From: Pseudomonadota bacterium
GTDB taxonomy: Bacteria > Pseudomonadota > Alphaproteobacteria > Rhizobiales > Methyloligellaceae
Length of the DNA stretch: 47,829 nucleotides
Assembly (NCBI GenBank): GCA_046723315.1
Contig: JBKOUI010000046.1
Coordinates: 1-47,829 of the forward strand
Direction: 5' to 3'
Shown here: one piece after another, positions 45,205 to 47,829 of the stretch
Position numbering within the stretch: the stretch's first letter is position 1
Layout of the letters: each line of letters starts with the position of its first letter
Made by a program: the position numbers and the translations under genes
Notes under the pieces: generated by a model
Told to the model about the DNA's origin: nothing
What the model saw: the letters and a program-made list of their open reading frames with translations, nothing else
Database searches by the model: none

Positions 45205-47829
45205 GTGGGACGTCGGCATCAGCGGCGCGAGATGCGACCGGTGTGCCCCGCGCGGCGCAATGCCGCGGCGTCCGCCAAAGTTCGACCGCAAGCGGTTAGA
45301 GCTCGCTTGGCAGGGACCGACCGCAGGTCACTCTTATTTGGCACCGCGCTCGTCTCGACGCTGGTTCTCGGCGGCATACTCGCCCCAACGCCAGCTTCGG
45401 CGGTCGCCTGTATTCAACCGGCATCGCCAAATCCGATCATCGACGCCGAGGCAACTTTCATCACCTGCGTCAACACCGAGCCGCGCACCAATGCCGCCGG
45501 CAATGCCATCGATCTCACCACCACGGGGACCGGCAGCTACATCGATCTGTACAACAGCGGCCTCCTCACCGCCTTCAACGGAATATATACGCAGACAGCC
45601 GATGCCAATTCGCCGATCTTGATCGAGAACGTGGGCAGCGCCACCGCGGTAAACAACGGCATCTTTGCGCTGACGGGCGCTGCCGATAGCGACATTGCGA
45701 TCGTCAATAGCGGAGCGCTCACCGCCGGAAACAATGGCATCGCGGTACTAACCAATGGAGCAGGCAGCGACATCTCCATTCTCAATTACGCGCCGATCGT
45801 TACCACCGCCACTGCCGGCCTGTTTGCGCCAATAGGCATCGAAAACAGCGGCGACATCACAGCGACAACAACGGTAGCCTTCGGAACTGCTTATGGCATC
45901 CACGCCAGGTCGTTCGGCCCCAACAGCGCGATCGCCATCGAGAACGAGGGGGACATTTCGGCGACGACGAGCGGAGATCAGGCTTCCGGTATCTTCGCCA
46001 TCTCGGAGGGCATAAGCAGCCCGATCGCAATCTTGAACAGCGGCGACATTACCGCGATCACTACCGCACCTTATGCCAGCGCCTATGGCATCCAGGCGCG
46101 GGCGAGCTATGCCAACAGCCCGATCAGCGTAAACAACAGCGGCAACCTCTTCGTTAAAGGCGGCCTCGATGGCTCGGGCATCTTTGCCTTGTCGGAAAGT
46201 GCCCTTGGCGGCAATGGCGTTGCGGTCGAGAACAGCGGCGATATGAACGTGACCGCGACCTATGTCTCGCGCGGCATCATAGCGACCGGAGTTGGCCCGA
46301 ACAGCGCGACCAGCGTGGTGAATAGCGGCGATCTCGTGCTCACCTCGACGACCACTCTGGTCACGCCCGACACGCAAGCCAAGGGCATCTATGCCGGGAC
46401 CAATGGCGTGAACAGCGCGCTTTCCGTCGTAAACAGCGGCGACATCACCGTGCGCGGCGTCGGACAGGTCTACGGCATTCAGGCGAGTACTGGGGGCCCG
46501 TATAGCTATACGCCTACTACAAACAGCCCGGTCGTGATCGAGAACAGCGGCGATATTCGCACGTCAGGCACGGGTTACGTCGACATCGGTATCGTGACCA
46601 AAACGTTTGGTGCGAACAGCGCGATCAGTGTCACCAATAGCGGCGACATCGATCCAACCACCGGCATCGACGCCAGGAGCTACGCTGATAATAGCCCGGT
46701 CACGGTTGAAAACTCGGGCGACATCGAAGCCGACCGGCGCGGCATCTTGGCGGCGAGCTTTGGCGCCAACAGCACGGTGACGGTCGTCAATAGCGGCACG
46801 GTAGCTTTGACCGGCGAAAGTACTACCTCGAGCGGGGCCATCATTACGGCCGCCTTCGGCGCGGGCAGCAATATCGTCATCAACAATAGTGGGACACTGC
46901 AAGGAGCCGGCTATCGTGGCGTCGGCATTTATGCGCTCACGCCGGGTACCGGGGGCACGAACCTCATCATCAACTCCGGCAGCGTCTATGGCAGCTACGC
47001 CGGTATCCTCGCCATCAGTGCCACCGGCACGACGATCATCAATTCTGGCGATATCTCGGCGGGCAGCAATTTGGCCATCAATGTCATTGGTGCCCCGGCC
47101 TCCATCTACAACAGTGGCCATATCACCGGTTTCGTCGTGCTCACCAATTCCGACGATACCTTCACTAACGAGAAGGGCGGCGTGTTCGAGACGAAGCTCA
47201 CGAGCTATTTCGGCTTGGGATACGACGTGTTCACGAACGAGCAGGGCGGCACGGTGCTCGCCGCTACCGACGCCAAGGTCAGCGAATACAGCTCCTTCCA
47301 GCTGCTTGAGCGCTTCGACAACAAAGGCACGATTTCGCTGCAGGACGGTGGCGTTGGCGATGTGTTCCGCATCTCCAACACCCCGGGTTTCGTCGGCGAA
47401 TATTACTTTGATGGCGGCATCGCCTTCAATGGCTCGGGCGACTCGAGACTTGCGATCGACGCCTTCCTCGGTGGCCCGGGGTCCACGGCCGACCATTTGA
47501 TCATCGACGGCGACGTGTCGGGCAAGACCAGGGTCACGGTGAACAATGTCAACCCAGGTCCTGGCGTGTTCAATTCGACCGGCATTCCCGTCGTATTCGT
47601 CGGCGGCGACGTGAATGCAGACGCATTCTTCCTGGCTAATCCCATCGACACTGGCTTCTTCAATTACGACCTGTTCTTCCGGCCGACTGGAAGCGGCGTG
47701 TTCGAGCTACGGAGCTTCTTGGGCCAAGGCGCCTTCGTATTGCCGCAGCTCGAGACGGCGATGCAGGATATGTGGCACCAGGGCTCGGACACCTGGTTCG
47801 ACCGCAGCACCGATTTGAGGGTGCTGCTC
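45205..47829 (+). CDS. Autotransporter (type Va) adhesin-like protein, 5' part; runs off the right edge
   Basis: Open frame to the window end; extended signal peptide; many I.NSGDI...GI.A beta-helix repeats; autochaperone-like DAFLGGPGSTADHLIIDGDVSGKT; start GTG 45205 or ATG 45232. Confidence 0.88.
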   Translation, partial: MGRRHQRREMRPVCPARRNAAASAKVRPQAVRARLAGTDRRSLLFGTALVSTLVLGGILAPTPASAVACIQPASPNPIIDAEATFITCVNTEPRTNAAGNAIDLTTTGTGSYIDLYNSGLLTAFNGIYTQTADANSPILIENVGSATAVNNGIFALTGAADSDIAIVNSGALTAGNNGIAVLTNGAGSDISILNYAPIVTTATAGLFAPIGIENSGDITATTTVAFGTAYGIHARSFGPNSAIAIENEGDISATTSGDQASGIFAISEGISSPIAILNSGDITAITTAPYASAYGIQARASYANSPISVNNSGNLFVKGGLDGSGIFALSESALGGNGVAVENSGDMNVTATYVSRGIIATGVGPNSATSVVNSGDLVLTSTTTLVTPDTQAKGIYAGTNGVNSALSVVNSGDITVRGVGQVYGIQASTGGPYSYTPTTNSPVVIENSGDIRTSGTGYVDIGIVTKTFGANSAISVTNSGDIDPTTGIDARSYADNSPVTVENSGDIEADRRGILAASFGANSTVTVVNSGTVALTGESTTSSGAIITAAFGAGSNIVINNSGTLQGAGYRGVGIYALTPGTGGTNLIINSGSVYGSYAGILAISATGTTIINSGDISAGSNLAINVIGAPASIYNSGHITGFVVLTNSDDTFTNEKGGVFETKLTSYFGLGYDVFTNEQGGTVLAATDAKVSEYSSFQLLERFDNKGTISLQDGGVGDVFRISNTPGFVGEYYFDGGIAFNGSGDSRLAIDAFLGGPGSTADHLIIDGDVSGKTRVTVNNVNPGPGVFNSTGIPVVFVGGDVNADAFFLANPIDTGFFNYDLFFRPTGSGVFELRSFLGQGAFVLPQLETAMQDMWHQGSDTWFDRSTDLRVLL

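Noticed and set aside
45537-47818. Several track ORFs inside the autotransporter region
   Set aside because: Alternative-frame or antisense shadows of the single long autotransporter frame, which the track omits because it has no stop in the window

Overview
GC-rich chromosomal segment of an alphaproteobacterium. Gene content and order point to Hyphomicrobiales, possibly Methyloceanibacter/Hyphomicrobium-like (inference). Most of it is core genome: class I lysS, DUF952-pyrD, an Lhr-type helicase with PdeM, the podJ-like/tauE/TIGR02186 locus, pip, a two-subunit sodium:solute symporter, mscL, tRNA-Thr(GGT), murA-DUF2948-hisD-UPF0262-LMW phosphatase, and the 5' part of an autotransporter. The most distinctive block is a self-contained sulfate assimilation operon: TrxB-type ferredoxin reductase, 2Fe-2S ferredoxin, cysG, DUF2849, cysI, a DUF934-APS reductase fusion, cysD, cysN with a vestigial APS-kinase tail, and tauE. 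Several features are missing from the ORF track: a partial CBS gene, a 57-aa gene before murA, a 34-aa micro-lipoprotein, two gene remnants, three sigma-EcfG-type promoters, CtrA-like sites, and two intergenic hairpins built from heptamer repeats. I saw no CRISPR array, IS element, integrase or rRNA. All family assignments come from recalled motifs, not database searches.
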